Assembly (NCBI GenBank): GCA_947462765.1
Contig: CANHQK010000002.1
Span: 38,099 to 102,098 of the forward strand
From: Bdellovibrionales bacterium
GTDB lineage: Bacteria; Bdellovibrionota; UBA1018; CAIMNF01
Direction of reading: 5' to 3'
Length of the DNA: 64,000 nucleotides
In this document: one piece after another, positions 10,603 through 20,315 of the stretch
Layout of the letters: the number at the start of each line of letters is the position of its first letter
Numbering within the stretch: position 1 is the first letter of the stretch
Notes under the pieces: model-generated
What the model was told of the DNA's origin: nothing
What the model saw: the letters and a program-made list of their open reading frames with translations, nothing else
Databases searched by the model: none
Made by a program: the position numbers and the translations under genes

Positions 10603-11357
10603 GTCAGGAACTTTTCGTCCGTAACCCGCACAGCATCCTCGAAGCGCTCAAGCAACGTCCCAAGGATGTGGTCGAGATCACCCTCCCGCGCGAGCGTCCC
10701 GAGGGGCCATGGATCCAGATTCAGGGGCTCGCCGAGCGTCACCGGATCCGGATGAGTCAGGGATCAAAAGATGCCTCCCGTCCTCGCGACAGGGGGCGTG
10801 GGCCCCAGAGTAATCCAGGAAGAGAAAGCGGTCATGGCGCTTTGATCCGTCCTAAGGCACCTGTTTCGATCGAGACTTTACTGGAAGGTGTGAGCGAGCA
10901 GGATCGCGGGGTCTGGATGGCGCTCGACAGTCTTCAGGACCCTCAGAATCTCGGCGCGGTATTCCGTGCGGCTGCCTTTTTCGGAGTGCGTGGCGTGATC
11001 ATGACCACTGAGCGCTCGGCGCCCATGACCGCAACAGTGTACGACATTGCCGCAGGCGGGGTGGAGCATGTACCGATGGTTCAGGCCATCAATCTGAAAC
11101 AGGCGCTCGAAAAAGCCAAAGAAGCGGGATTGTGGATTCTCGGGACTTCCGAGCATGCCAAAGAGTCTCTGGCAAAAGTGGCCCAGGACCGTCCTTGGCT
11201 TGTCGTGGTCGGGAATGAGGAAAAGGGCATGCGGCGCCTGACCGAAGAGAGTTGCGATGTGATCTGCGCCATTCCGCCTGCCGGAGACGGAGTGACATCA
11301 CTCAATGTCTCGGTTGCGACGGGAATCCTGCTGTTTCATCTGAGTCCGCAAGTCTGA
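10599..11357 (+). CDS. SpoU/TrmH-family RNA 2'-O-methyltransferase, RlmB-like (23S rRNA Gm2251)
   Basis: SPOUT motifs 'LDSLQDPQNLGAVFRAAAFFGV', 'LVVVGNEEKGMR', 'IPPAGDGVTSLNVSVATGILLFHL'; N-terminal substrate-binding-like domain; ATGA overlap with pyrF. Confidence 0.75.
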   Translation: MSQELFVRNPHSILEALKQRPKDVVEITLPRERPEGPWIQIQGLAERHRIRMSQGSKDASRPRDRGRGPQSNPGRESGHGALIRPKAPVSIETLLEGVSEQDRGVWMALDSLQDPQNLGAVFRAAAFFGVRGVIMTTERSAPMTATVYDIAAGGVEHVPMVQAINLKQALEKAKEAGLWILGTSEHAKESLAKVAQDRPWLVVVGNEEKGMRRLTEESCDVICAIPPAGDGVTSLNVSVATGILLFHLSPQV

Positions 11358-11365
11358 GTTTCGAT

Positions 11366-11854
11366 TCAGATAAAGCGGGCGATCAGTCTTTCCAAAAAAG
11401 TCGCATCGGCGCGGGGGTGGGTGAAAAAAAAACCTCTTCTGCCGGAAATCCGTATATCAACCTGGATGGGGAGCGGAGAGTGGAGATTCTGGGCCCTCGG
11501 GGCCGAGCGTTCCTCGATCTCACGGTCACTGGCCCGGGGAAGCGTGTCGATCTCGGAATGATCGAACCAGAGCAGGAAGCATTCCTCGCACAGGTCGATC
11601 TCCGTTTTCTGATCGGCTTTGGCAATCACGGCATGGAGCATGCTCCTCGGACAGTCAGGGCAGAGTCTCCCGGATGCGAGTCCGCGTGAACGTGCATCGC
11701 GCCAGACCGTGGCGAGCAACTTCGGGTTCGAAATTTTTTGCAAAAGGCCCAATGTCACCAGCATGCCTCCGCACTGGGTGCAGCCGCGGAATTGCCCATG
11801 ATCCGTGGAGACGGCTTTCAATGTATCATTTGAACAGCCAGGGCAACGTTTCAT
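11366..11854 (-). CDS. Tandem zinc-ribbon (zf-TFIIB-like) domain protein
   Basis: Two CPxC...C..C ribbons (CPGCSND...CTQCGG and CPDCPRS...CEEC...W.D..E); probable start MKRCPGCS whose ATG shares 1 nt with the tatD stop (TGATG). Confidence 0.55.
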   Translation of the reverse strand: MKRCPGCSNDTLKAVSTDHGQFRGCTQCGGMLVTLGLLQKISNPKLLATVWRDARSRGLASGRLCPDCPRSMLHAVIAKADQKTEIDLCEECFLLWFDHSEIDTLPRASDREIEERSAPRAQNLHSPLPIQVDIRISGRRGFFFTHPRADATFLERLIARFI

Positions 11855-12642
11855 CACGGGGTCCGGATTTGAAAACACCGGATGGAGTTCTCGTGAGTGA
11901 TTCGGGCAAGCTCCTCAAAGGGGATTCCGCGAATTTCTGCGAGTTTCAGGGCCGTATGCTTCACCATGAAGGGCTCGCACTTTTTACCGCGAAGCGGGAC
12001 CGGGGCGAGGAAGGGAGCATCTGTTTCGACCAGGAGCCGGTCGAGGGGAAGGGTCTTTGCAAGTTCGCGCAGCGGTTCCGAATTCTTGAAAGTGAGGATC
12101 CCTGAAAAGGAGATGTAAAATCCGAGTTCGATACATGCCTTGGCGAACCCATCCGTCCCTGAGAAGCAATGGATGACTCCGAGAGAGGGTCCCTGCTGTT
12201 TCGAAGCGTAGTCACGGAGCAGAGGCAGGAGGTCCTCCTCGCCATCCCGGGAGTGAATCACCACGGGTTTGCCTGCCTCCACGGCCAGGTCTAACTGGGC
12301 AGCGCACTCGGCTTGTTGTTTCTTCCTGTCCGAGTGCTCGTAGTAATAATCGAGTCCGATCTCACCGATCGCGACACACTTGGGGTGCGACAGTCTCGGT
12401 CTCATGTCGGCCAATACCGATGCATCCACCTTCGAGGCGTCGTGCGGGTGCACACCGATTGTGTGGTACACATTTGGAAACCGTTCGGAAATCTCCCGGA
12501 CGGCATCGAAGTTAGAAGGCTCCGTGCCGATGGTGATCAGGGTTCCGACGCCGGACTCCAGTGCCTCATTCACCAACTGATCGGGACCTTTTCCCCCGTC
12601 GTATTCGTAATCGAGGTGGCAATGGGTATCGATCAGGTTCAT
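11854..12642 (-). CDS. TatD-family metal-dependent hydrolase (deoxyribonuclease)
   Basis: 'LIDTHCHLD' N-terminal motif and 'HCFSG' motif; start overlaps the VKOR-DsbA stop. Confidence 0.85.
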   Translation of the reverse strand: MNLIDTHCHLDYEYDGGKGPDQLVNEALESGVGTLITIGTEPSNFDAVREISERFPNVYHTIGVHPHDASKVDASVLADMRPRLSHPKCVAIGEIGLDYYYEHSDRKKQQAECAAQLDLAVEAGKPVVIHSRDGEEDLLPLLRDYASKQQGPSLGVIHCFSGTDGFAKACIELGFYISFSGILTFKNSEPLRELAKTLPLDRLLVETDAPFLAPVPLRGKKCEPFMVKHTALKLAEIRGIPFEELARITHENSIRCFQIRTP

Positions 12643-13808
12643 TTGGCAAGCATCCGTTCGATCAAATCAATCCAGACCCGGGTGGGAAGTCCGCCCTCGA
12701 CTTTGCGACCATTGATGAAAAAGGTCGGAGTCGACTGGACCTTGAGTGCCACACCTGCCGCTGACTCGGCCCGGATCCGATCCCCGGTCGAAGGTTGGGT
12801 CATGCAAGATTTCAGCTTATTGGCGTCGAGCCCCGAAAGATCGGCGAGGACAAGGTCCGCGATTTTGTCTTTCTGGAAATCGCCCTGGTGGCTGAACAGG
12901 CTCTCATAAGCCTCAAGGAATCTGCCTTGTTCTCCGGCACACACCGCTACAGCCGCAGCTTCGCAGGCGAAAGGGTGGATGGTGCGCTTCAGGTTCGGAT
13001 CGGTATTGCACTCGGAGGCGAGCGGAAAGTTCATGAATACAAAACGGATCTGTTTCTCATAACGCTTGAAGAGCGGGTGGATTGAATTCGCACCGACACG
13101 ACAAGCCGGACACTCGTAATCGCTGAACTTCACCACTGTGATCGGGGCATCAGTGGGACCGACCGAAAACACCGATGCGGGCAAGTTCACCGGATTCACG
13201 GGGGCGCTCAGAATGCTTTCGATATGATCCTGAAGATCGGCTGACTTGATCTCGGCCATGGGATCGAGACCTTTGGTCAGAAGAAGCGCCACCACGACCG
13301 AGGCCGCTGCCGATCCGGCTACGCGGGAAACCGGAAACGGGCGATCCGACTTGCCGGCTCCGGGCAGGGTCCAGGCAACAACGAAAAGGGCGCTGTTGAT
13401 GACGTCGATGAAGAGGCAGAGGAGGCAGAGTTTGCCAATCACTCCGACCATGATCGCGAGGTAAACCGCGGAGAACGCCAAGGACACCCCGCTGAGGCCG
13501 ATCAGCCACGGGCGCAAGGCTTTGCGAAGACCGCCATCCAAAGCGAAAAGGGCCAGAATCAGAATGAGTACATAACCGGCGATGGCGAAACCCGACAGAG
13601 GAATACCCCCCGGTAATTCGGCGAATCGGCTCATTTCAACCGCGGTGCAGTCAAACGTCGCGTTGATATTGCAAAAGCTCTTCATTTCGCCCCGTCCGCT
13701 GCGGGTCAGATGGAAGAGGCGGGTCTGCCAAATGGAGATTGCGGCACCAGCGGTTGCAAGGATTGCCAATAACGGGGTCAGTGCGGGTTTTGTTTTCTCG
13801 GTTGTCAT
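12639..13808 (-). CDS. Vitamin K epoxide reductase (VKOR) domain fused to DsbA-like thioredoxin domain
   Basis: N-terminal multi-TM region with paired Cys (CNINATFDC, CLLC) typical of bacterial VKOR; C-terminal 'FSDYECPAC' CxxC thioredoxin-fold (DsbA-like). Confidence 0.75.
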   Translation of the reverse strand: MTTEKTKPALTPLLAILATAGAAISIWQTRLFHLTRSGRGEMKSFCNINATFDCTAVEMSRFAELPGGIPLSGFAIAGYVLILILALFALDGGLRKALRPWLIGLSGVSLAFSAVYLAIMVGVIGKLCLLCLFIDVINSALFVVAWTLPGAGKSDRPFPVSRVAGSAAASVVVALLLTKGLDPMAEIKSADLQDHIESILSAPVNPVNLPASVFSVGPTDAPITVVKFSDYECPACRVGANSIHPLFKRYEKQIRFVFMNFPLASECNTDPNLKRTIHPFACEAAAVAVCAGEQGRFLEAYESLFSHQGDFQKDKIADLVLADLSGLDANKLKSCMTQPSTGDRIRAESAAGVALKVQSTPTFFINGRKVEGGLPTRVWIDLIERMLAK

Positions 13809-13809
13809 A

Positions 13810-14571
13810 TCATTGGACCTTTCCGGCTTTGAACATCAGGTATTGTGCAAAAGCGAGAATCAGCATGCCACTCAGGATCTTGACCCGGTTCATCCATTGG
13901 CCGGCGCGAGGCAGCTTCTGGAGTGAGCCCGCAAAAGCCGCGATTCCGATCAGCAAGGTGCCGAGCCCCAGGGCGAAAAAAATCATGAGTCCCAGTCCGA
14001 GAATGACAGATTGGGTTTGCGCAATGAAAGCGAGGATCGCAGACAGCACCGGAGTGGTGCACGGAGCGGCAATGAATCCGGAGGATGCTCCCAAAAAAAA
14101 CGCACCGAGGAGCGTGGCCTCTTTTTCGGAGTTCCCACGGGGACCGGAGTTCAGGCCCAGGCTGCGCTTGAATCGGTCCAGAAGCGCCTGCGGGTCAAAA
14201 GGGAGCACGTCCATCATCATGAGTGCGGCCAGGGTCATGACGACGGAGAGGCCCAAATACCATCCGGAAGTGTTCGTCATGGCGCCAAAAACCTGACCCG
14301 TCAATCCAGCCAGTACCCCGAGGAAGGCGTAGATGATCGCCATCCCGAGTACATAGGCGATCCCACGCAACAGAATGCCCCTCTTGTTCCGTTCTTCGTG
14401 ATGGGTCTGGATCCCGCCCACCACTCCGATGGTGATGGGAATCATCGGATAAATGCAGGGCGTGAGACTTGAGAGGATGCCTCCGAGATAAGCCAGAGCG
14501 AGAGCGAGCAAGGCACTGCTCCAAGAGCCGGAGCTCAGCAAATTTTGAAGACTTCCAGCGAGTTGATCCAT
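13810..14571 (-). CDS. Cytochrome c-type biogenesis protein CcdA / DsbD transmembrane-domain family
   Basis: 'LLALALAYLGGILSSLTPCIYPMIPIT' and second conserved Cys in a TM helix ('AAPCTTPVL'); immediately upstream of the VKOR-DsbA gene on the same strand. Confidence 0.8.
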   Translation of the reverse strand: MDQLAGSLQNLLSSGSWSSALLALALAYLGGILSSLTPCIYPMIPITIGVVGGIQTHHEERNKRGILLRGIAYVLGMAIIYAFLGVLAGLTGQVFGAMTNTSGWYLGLSVVMTLAALMMMDVLPFDPQALLDRFKRSLGLNSGPRGNSEKEATLLGAFFLGASSGFIAAPCTTPVLSAILAFIAQTQSVILGLGLMIFFALGLGTLLIGIAAFAGSLQKLPRAGQWMNRVKILSGMLILAFAQYLMFKAGKVQ

Positions 14572-14586
14572 GCTACTCTGTTTACC

Positions 14587-16089
14587 ATGATCCGACGATT
14601 CGTGACCAGACTTGTTTTCGTGTGGCTGTGTGTGCAAACTCTCGAGATTCCGGCGTTTTCAGCTACATTGTCGGTCCAGCTTTCAGCGGAGCCGACACAG
14701 TTCGACCCTCTGCTTCTTGAAGATGGACAAGCACTCAAGATCGCAGCCAACACCTTCGGAACTTTATTCGAGTATGATGGCAAGGGGGAGCGTTCCAAGA
14801 GTCTGGTGGAGACTTACGGAGTGTCTCGCGATCGTAAATTGTACACCTTCAAGTTCAGGAAGGGGCTGGTCTGGAGTGACGGCAAACCCTTTCATGCATC
14901 GCATTTCCTTCTTGCGGTGAAGCGCCTGGTCCAGTCGCCGATCCGGGCAGCGCTGAGTGAATTGTTTCCGGAGATCGATTTGGCCGGGTGTCGTGTGGTC
15001 GATGCCAAAACGGCCGAGATCCGCTTGAAGAAAGCGGACAACCAGTTTTTGAATTGGCTCACCTTGCCTCCTTTCGCACCCATTCGCGAGGATCTGATCG
15101 ATCGCTACACCAAAGGCAGGAATCCGGTTGCTCCCACTCTCGGAGCTTATGAAATCACCGAGTACAAGCGCGAATCGCACCTGCTCCTGAAGCGGAATCC
15201 CCGTTTCCATGCTTTCCGCCCCGAGACCATTGAGGAGGTGAAGATCCGATTTCTTCCTGAAGAAGCCTCTTTGTTGCCTTTATTCAAATCGGGCGCGGTC
15301 GATATCCTGAATAAAGTCCCGGTCCTTCAAGTCGAGGATATCGCCGAAATCGGAACGGTCCGGGATGTGGCGGTCGAGGCAGTGACCTACCTTGCTTTCA
15401 ATACTCGCAAGCCACCTTTCAATGAGCTGAAAAACCGATTGGCCGTTCGCGATGCGTTGGCCGGGTCGAAGAAAGTCGAATTGGCGCGATTGCTCAAAAC
15501 CGGTGAGCTGGCGGCCCCGACCTTTCTCCCTTCGATTTTGATTCCCTCGGGTTCTGTCCGTCGGGAGAGACTGCCTTCCGGAAACAAGGAAAAGAGTGAG
15601 TTGAGTCTGCCTTGGGTGATTCAGAGCGACATGAGCTCCCGCAACAAGACCATGCTCGAGTATGTCCAGAGTGAGATCAAGGACGAGCTCGGTTGGCGTC
15701 CGACTCTCGATCTGGTCGATTGGAAGGCTCACTACGCGCGTCTGAAAACAGAACCCGGCCAGATGTTCCGGTTTGGCTGGCAGAATCCGGTCAGCGATCC
15801 CTACGTGGTCTACCAGGTTCTAACCTCGAAGAGCCCGAACAACTTCACGGGTTGGTCGAATGCCGAGTTCGATGAGCTGGTGGAGGATCTGAGACAAGAG
15901 ATGAGGCAGGTCAAAAAATCGAAGTTGATCAGCGATATCGAATTGATTCTTTGGGAAGAGGCTCCGGTTGTCCCGTTGCTGCACCAAAGATTGAAGTTCG
16001 CATATTCCAAACGGGTTTCAGGCTTCCGTGCGAACCCGTTCGGTATAGTCGTGTTCCGTGAACTCCGTCTCACGGAAGAAAAACAATGA
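14587..16089 (+). CDS. ABC transporter substrate-binding protein, family 5 (oligopeptide/dipeptide-binding)
   Basis: Signal peptide 'MIRRFVTRLVFVWLCVQTLEIPAFSA'; SBP_bac_5-like region ('FKFRKGLVWSDGKPF', 'NPRFHAFRPETIEEV'); ~500 aa. Confidence 0.75.
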   Translation: MIRRFVTRLVFVWLCVQTLEIPAFSATLSVQLSAEPTQFDPLLLEDGQALKIAANTFGTLFEYDGKGERSKSLVETYGVSRDRKLYTFKFRKGLVWSDGKPFHASHFLLAVKRLVQSPIRAALSELFPEIDLAGCRVVDAKTAEIRLKKADNQFLNWLTLPPFAPIREDLIDRYTKGRNPVAPTLGAYEITEYKRESHLLLKRNPRFHAFRPETIEEVKIRFLPEEASLLPLFKSGAVDILNKVPVLQVEDIAEIGTVRDVAVEAVTYLAFNTRKPPFNELKNRLAVRDALAGSKKVELARLLKTGELAAPTFLPSILIPSGSVRRERLPSGNKEKSELSLPWVIQSDMSSRNKTMLEYVQSEIKDELGWRPTLDLVDWKAHYARLKTEPGQMFRFGWQNPVSDPYVVYQVLTSKSPNNFTGWSNAEFDELVEDLRQEMRQVKKSKLISDIELILWEEAPVVPLLHQRLKFAYSKRVSGFRANPFGIVVFRELRLTEEKQ

Positions 16090-16096
16090 TCGTGAA

Positions 16097-16450
16097 TCAG
16101 GCGTAAAAGCGCTTTTTCCGCTCGTTCTGTTCCTGGCAGACCACGCAATGGGTAGAAGCCGGATTGGCCAGGAGTCGTCCGGAATGAATCGGCTCCTCGC
16201 AGGTTTCGCAAAGACCGAAAGATCCGTCTTCGATCTTTTTCAGGGCGGTATTGATTTTTGCGATGCGGATTCGCTCCTGATTCCTCTGTTTCAGGATCAG
16301 GCTTTGTTGAATTTCACTTGCGGCCAGATCGGCCTCATCCGGGAGGTCATCGGACGAGATGTTGAGCTCGTTCTCGATACTCTTCCTGGAATGGGCCAGC
16401 AGGCGTTCACGTTCGGCGGATAAGGTGCTTTTGAATGTTTGTACGTCCAT
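16097..16450 (-). CDS. DksA/TraR-family C4 zinc-finger transcriptional regulator
   Basis: Coiled-coil N-terminus plus 'CETCEEPI...(17 aa)...CVVCQ' C4 finger; start taken at the internal ATG (MDVQTFKSTL). Confidence 0.7.
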   Translation of the reverse strand: MDVQTFKSTLSAERERLLAHSRKSIENELNISSDDLPDEADLAASEIQQSLILKQRNQERIRIAKINTALKKIEDGSFGLCETCEEPIHSGRLLANPASTHCVVCQEQNERKKRFYA

Positions 16451-16748
16451 TTTAATTCCCCGGTTAAAACAGTTTCTGTGACAATCCATTCCGATTCTGA
16501 CGCAATACAGCACCCGAGGCATCCGTTTCCCGGGTTGCGCGGGCCCTTCCTTGGGCGTTTTGAAGCTCCCCGTCGGGAGCGTCAAAAATAAGTCGGTGCA
16601 CTACGGATATAAGTTTATCTAAGACCCTTCAATGGATTTAGCGTGAAGATTTCCTTGAAGGAAGCGTAAAAGTCGGTTTTTGCGCGGCGTATCGCGCCAG
16701 TCAAAAAAGAAGGGAAAATTCGTACGAAATGAGGATAAGGTAGGCGGC

Positions 16749-18191
16749 ATGAAATCCGCTTCAAAACCACGCACCGCTGTGATCATTCTCGCCGCCGGAC
16801 TCGGAAAGAGAATGGCCTCTTCATTGCCGAAAGTCCTGATTCCGGTTTGCGGTCGGCCGATGCTTTTCCAGATTCTCGATCGACTGCAGGAGGTCGCTCC
16901 CGGGACTCGTGTGAATCTCGTGGTCGGACACCAAAAGGAGCGGGTGATCGAATCGGTCAGGGCTGAAGGGTACGAGCTTAAGATCGACTATTCCGAGCAG
17001 AACGAGCAAAAGGGCACAGGACATGCAGTTCGCTGTGCGATGGAATCTGCGTGGGGAGAGGCCACTCTCAAGGCAAAAGAGGATGTTCTGGTTTTGCCGG
17101 GCGATCTTCCTTTGATCACTGTGGAACTGATCCGTGACATGCTCGAGCCGCTCAAGCGCGGATCGGCCATGCGACTCCTGACGGCGACTCTTCCCGATCC
17201 TACCGGATATGGCCGGATCGTCCGGAAGGGTAAAGCAGGATCCGTGCTCCGGATTGTCGAAGAAAAGGACGCCACACCCCGTGAAAAACTTCTGAAGGAA
17301 GTGGGTGTTTCCATTTATACCTTCGCGCCCCAATTTCTCGCCACGGGCGTCGCATCTCTCAAAAACTCCAATGCCCAGAAAGAGTACTACCTCACCGACT
17401 TGATCGCGCAAGCAGCCTCCAAAAAGAGAACCATAGAAACGCTGAGCTGGGACGCTCCGGAGGATGTCCGTGGAGTGAACAACCCCTACGAGCTTTCTCT
17501 GGCTGCCGATCTCTTGAATGCCCGTATTCTGAAAGGGCATGCCCTGAACGGGGTCCGTTTCGTTTCCTTGCACTCGTGCCGCATCGAGCCCTGTGTGAGG
17601 ATAGAAGCGGATGTCACGATTTATCCGGGTGTCATGCTGGAGGGGCAGACCCGGATCGGAAAGGGAACGGTAGTCGGTCCGAACTGCCTGCTCCGGAATA
17701 CCGTGGTCGGTGAGCAGGTCGAAGTCAAGGCGGGGACGGTTGCTGAGGATTCTGTGATCGAGAATTCGGTCAAGGTGGGGCCTTATGCTCACCTCCGCCC
17801 GGGAAGCACAGTCCGGCTCGGGGCCAAGATCGGAAATTTTGTCGAGTTGAAGAAGACCGTCATCGGTGAGCACACCTCTGTGGCCCACCTCAGTTACCTG
17901 GGAGATGCCGAGGTCGGAAAGAACGTGAATATCGGTTGCGGGTTTGTCACCTGCAATTACGATGGCCGGATCATCGACGGAAGCCGTAAGCATAAAACCG
18001 TGATCGAAGACGAAGTGTTTGTGGGGAGTGATTGCCAGACGGTGGCTCCGGTTACCCTGAAGCGGGGATCATTCATCGCTTCAGGCTCGACGATCACTGA
18101 AACAGTCGAAGAAGATGCTTTGGCCATCGCCCGATCCCGGCAGGTGGTGAAGCCGGGTTATGCTAAAAAGTTTCGTGAGCAGGGGAAGTGA
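16749..18191 (+). CDS. glmU: Bifunctional UDP-N-acetylglucosamine pyrophosphorylase / glucosamine-1-phosphate N-acetyltransferase
   Basis: 'VIILAAGLGKRMASSLPKVL' nucleotidyltransferase motif, C-terminal left-handed beta-helix hexapeptide repeats; ~480 aa. Confidence 0.9.
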   Translation: MKSASKPRTAVIILAAGLGKRMASSLPKVLIPVCGRPMLFQILDRLQEVAPGTRVNLVVGHQKERVIESVRAEGYELKIDYSEQNEQKGTGHAVRCAMESAWGEATLKAKEDVLVLPGDLPLITVELIRDMLEPLKRGSAMRLLTATLPDPTGYGRIVRKGKAGSVLRIVEEKDATPREKLLKEVGVSIYTFAPQFLATGVASLKNSNAQKEYYLTDLIAQAASKKRTIETLSWDAPEDVRGVNNPYELSLAADLLNARILKGHALNGVRFVSLHSCRIEPCVRIEADVTIYPGVMLEGQTRIGKGTVVGPNCLLRNTVVGEQVEVKAGTVAEDSVIENSVKVGPYAHLRPGSTVRLGAKIGNFVELKKTVIGEHTSVAHLSYLGDAEVGKNVNIGCGFVTCNYDGRIIDGSRKHKTVIEDEVFVGSDCQTVAPVTLKRGSFIASGSTITETVEEDALAIARSRQVVKPGYAKKFREQGK

Positions 18192-20302
18192 TGGACCGCG
18201 AGCTTGACTTTGATTTCAATTTCGACTGGAATCCGGAAGAAGCGCCGGTTCGCCAGGATGACGAGCGGGCATCACCGGCATTCGTGGGTCGGTTGAATGA
18301 ACCCCAGCGTGAAGCCGTTCTGACCACCGAGGGCCCCTTGTTGGTTTTGGCGGGGGCTGGTTCCGGCAAGACCAAGATGCTGACGAGCCGGATTGCTTAT
18401 CTCGTCTCTCATATCGGGGTGCGGCCCTGGCAGATTCTGGCCGTGACCTTCACCAATAAAGCGGCTGGAGAGATGCGTGATCGCGTTTACACCCTGCTCG
18501 AGGAACAGGGGATGAACCGGCACGAGGTCCAAGGTCCGCTCGATATCGGGACCTTTCATGCCATTTGCGCGCGGATTCTGCGTCGTGAGGCTCAGCGCCT
18601 CCCCTTCACCAAGCCTTTTGTGATTTATGATGACAGCGATCAGCTGTCGCTTTTGAAGTCGATCGTCAAGCAGATGAATCTTGATGAAAAAATCTATCCG
18701 CCTAAAAGCTTCCAGTATGCGATCAACCGTCTGAAGTGTGATGCGCTCGAGCCATCCGACCCCTTGGCCAAAACGGGAAGAGGGATCGATCGGAAGCTCT
18801 CGGAAGTTTACGAGATTTACCAAAAAGCCATGATCGAGAATAACGCTCTCGATTTCGGAGAGATGATCACCCTGACTTACCGCTTGCTCCGGGATCATGC
18901 CGATATCCGTGAGAAGTACCAGCGACGCTACCGCTACATTCATGTGGATGAGTACCAGGACACCAATCGTGCCCAGTATCTGCTTCTCTCGCTTCTCGGC
19001 AGCCCTAAGCATGGCAGTCACGGCAATATCTGCGTGGTCGGCGACGAAGACCAGTCGATTTATGGATGGAGGGGGGCGGACATCCGCAACATCCTCGACT
19101 TCGAGCGGGAGTATCCGGGAGCCCATGTGGTTAAGCTCGAACAGAATTACCGATCCACCCAGACCATTGTAGAAGCGGCTTCTGCCTTGATCGCGAACAA
19201 CACTCAGCGCAAGAACAAGAAGCTCTTCAGTGAACAAGAGACAGGGGATCGCATCGTGCGGGTCCAGTGTCCGGATGACCGCTTCGAGGCGGAATGGGTG
19301 GTGCGTGAGATCAAGCGCCTGACCCAGGAATATCCGGAGTTGACGCTCGATGAGTTCGCGGTCTTCTACCGGACGCATGCCCAATCCCGTCTGGTGGAGG
19401 AGTACCTCCGCCAAGCCCGTTTGCCGTACAAGGTGGTCGGTGGGCTCAGGTTCTTCGACCGTAAAGAGATCAAAGACGTGATGGCCTATCTACGACTGGT
19501 CTACAACAGTTCTGATTCGATCTCTTTCAAGCGGATCATCAATGTCCCGGCGAGGGGAATCGGTAAGACCACTCTCGACAAGCTCGATGTTGCTTGGGGA
19601 CAGCAGGGGGCGCTCTGGGACTTTTTCTCGAGAGAGATGAGGGAGCCTTCCGTCTTTTCGGGAAAGACCCTGAAAAAGCTCCAAGAATTCAAACGTGCGG
19701 TCGATTCCTGGATCGAGGCCCAGCCTTCGATGCTGGTCAGCGAATTGTACCACCGGATTCTCGATGAGACCCGCTATGTCGAGGAACTGAAGGCCGAGGG
19801 CACCGACGAGGCGCTCGAGAGGGTCGACAACCTCGAGGAATTCAATTCGGTGGTTCTTGAGTTCGAAGAGCGAGAGCTCCAGGGACTCTCCAAAGATGAG
19901 ATCGAGAGACGTAAGCCTCTTTTGCTCGGGCGATTCCTCGAACAGACGACCCTGGCGGAGTCTCCCGATACTGATGGCGTGGCGACCAGTGTGCAACTCA
20001 TGACTTTCCATGCTTGCAAAGGACTCGAGTTTCCGGTGGTGTTCATGCTCGGAGTCGAGGAGGGGTTGTTTCCCTCTGTTCATGGGGATGAGAGCGAGGA
20101 AGAGCGGGAGGAACTCGAGGAAGAGCGGCGACTTTGTTATGTCGGCATGACCCGGGCCCGGGAGCGGCTATACATGTCCCATGCCTCGTTCCGGAGGGTG
20201 TGGGGAGATCTCCTGTACCAGTACCCTGCGAGATTCTTCAAAGAGATCCCCGAAAAGTTCGTCGAAGTCAGGGATTTTTCCAAGAATGCAGGAAGATTCT
20301 GA
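18188..20302 (+). CDS. ATP-dependent DNA helicase, UvrD/PcrA/Rep family
   Basis: 'LNEPQREAV', Walker A 'AGAGSGKT', 'VDEYQDTN', 'VGDEDQSIYGWRGA', C-terminal 'RRLCYVGMTRARERLY'; ATGA overlap with the glmU stop. Confidence 0.9.
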   Translation: MMDRELDFDFNFDWNPEEAPVRQDDERASPAFVGRLNEPQREAVLTTEGPLLVLAGAGSGKTKMLTSRIAYLVSHIGVRPWQILAVTFTNKAAGEMRDRVYTLLEEQGMNRHEVQGPLDIGTFHAICARILRREAQRLPFTKPFVIYDDSDQLSLLKSIVKQMNLDEKIYPPKSFQYAINRLKCDALEPSDPLAKTGRGIDRKLSEVYEIYQKAMIENNALDFGEMITLTYRLLRDHADIREKYQRRYRYIHVDEYQDTNRAQYLLLSLLGSPKHGSHGNICVVGDEDQSIYGWRGADIRNILDFEREYPGAHVVKLEQNYRSTQTIVEAASALIANNTQRKNKKLFSEQETGDRIVRVQCPDDRFEAEWVVREIKRLTQEYPELTLDEFAVFYRTHAQSRLVEEYLRQARLPYKVVGGLRFFDRKEIKDVMAYLRLVYNSSDSISFKRIINVPARGIGKTTLDKLDVAWGQQGALWDFFSREMREPSVFSGKTLKKLQEFKRAVDSWIEAQPSMLVSELYHRILDETRYVEELKAEGTDEALERVDNLEEFNSVVLEFEERELQGLSKDEIERRKPLLLGRFLEQTTLAESPDTDGVATSVQLMTFHACKGLEFPVVFMLGVEEGLFPSVHGDESEEEREELEEERRLCYVGMTRARERLYMSHASFRRVWGDLLYQYPARFFKEIPEKFVEVRDFSKNAGRF

Positions 20303-20315
20303 TTCGGTCGTCTGT

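Noticed and set aside
14545-14637. Divergent ccdA and SBP genes with start codons only about 15 bp apart (or overlapping if the longer ORFs are used)
   Set aside because: This is probably a start-site assignment ambiguity (alternative TTG/ATG starts) rather than a true overlap. The signal-peptide-defined starts were chosen.
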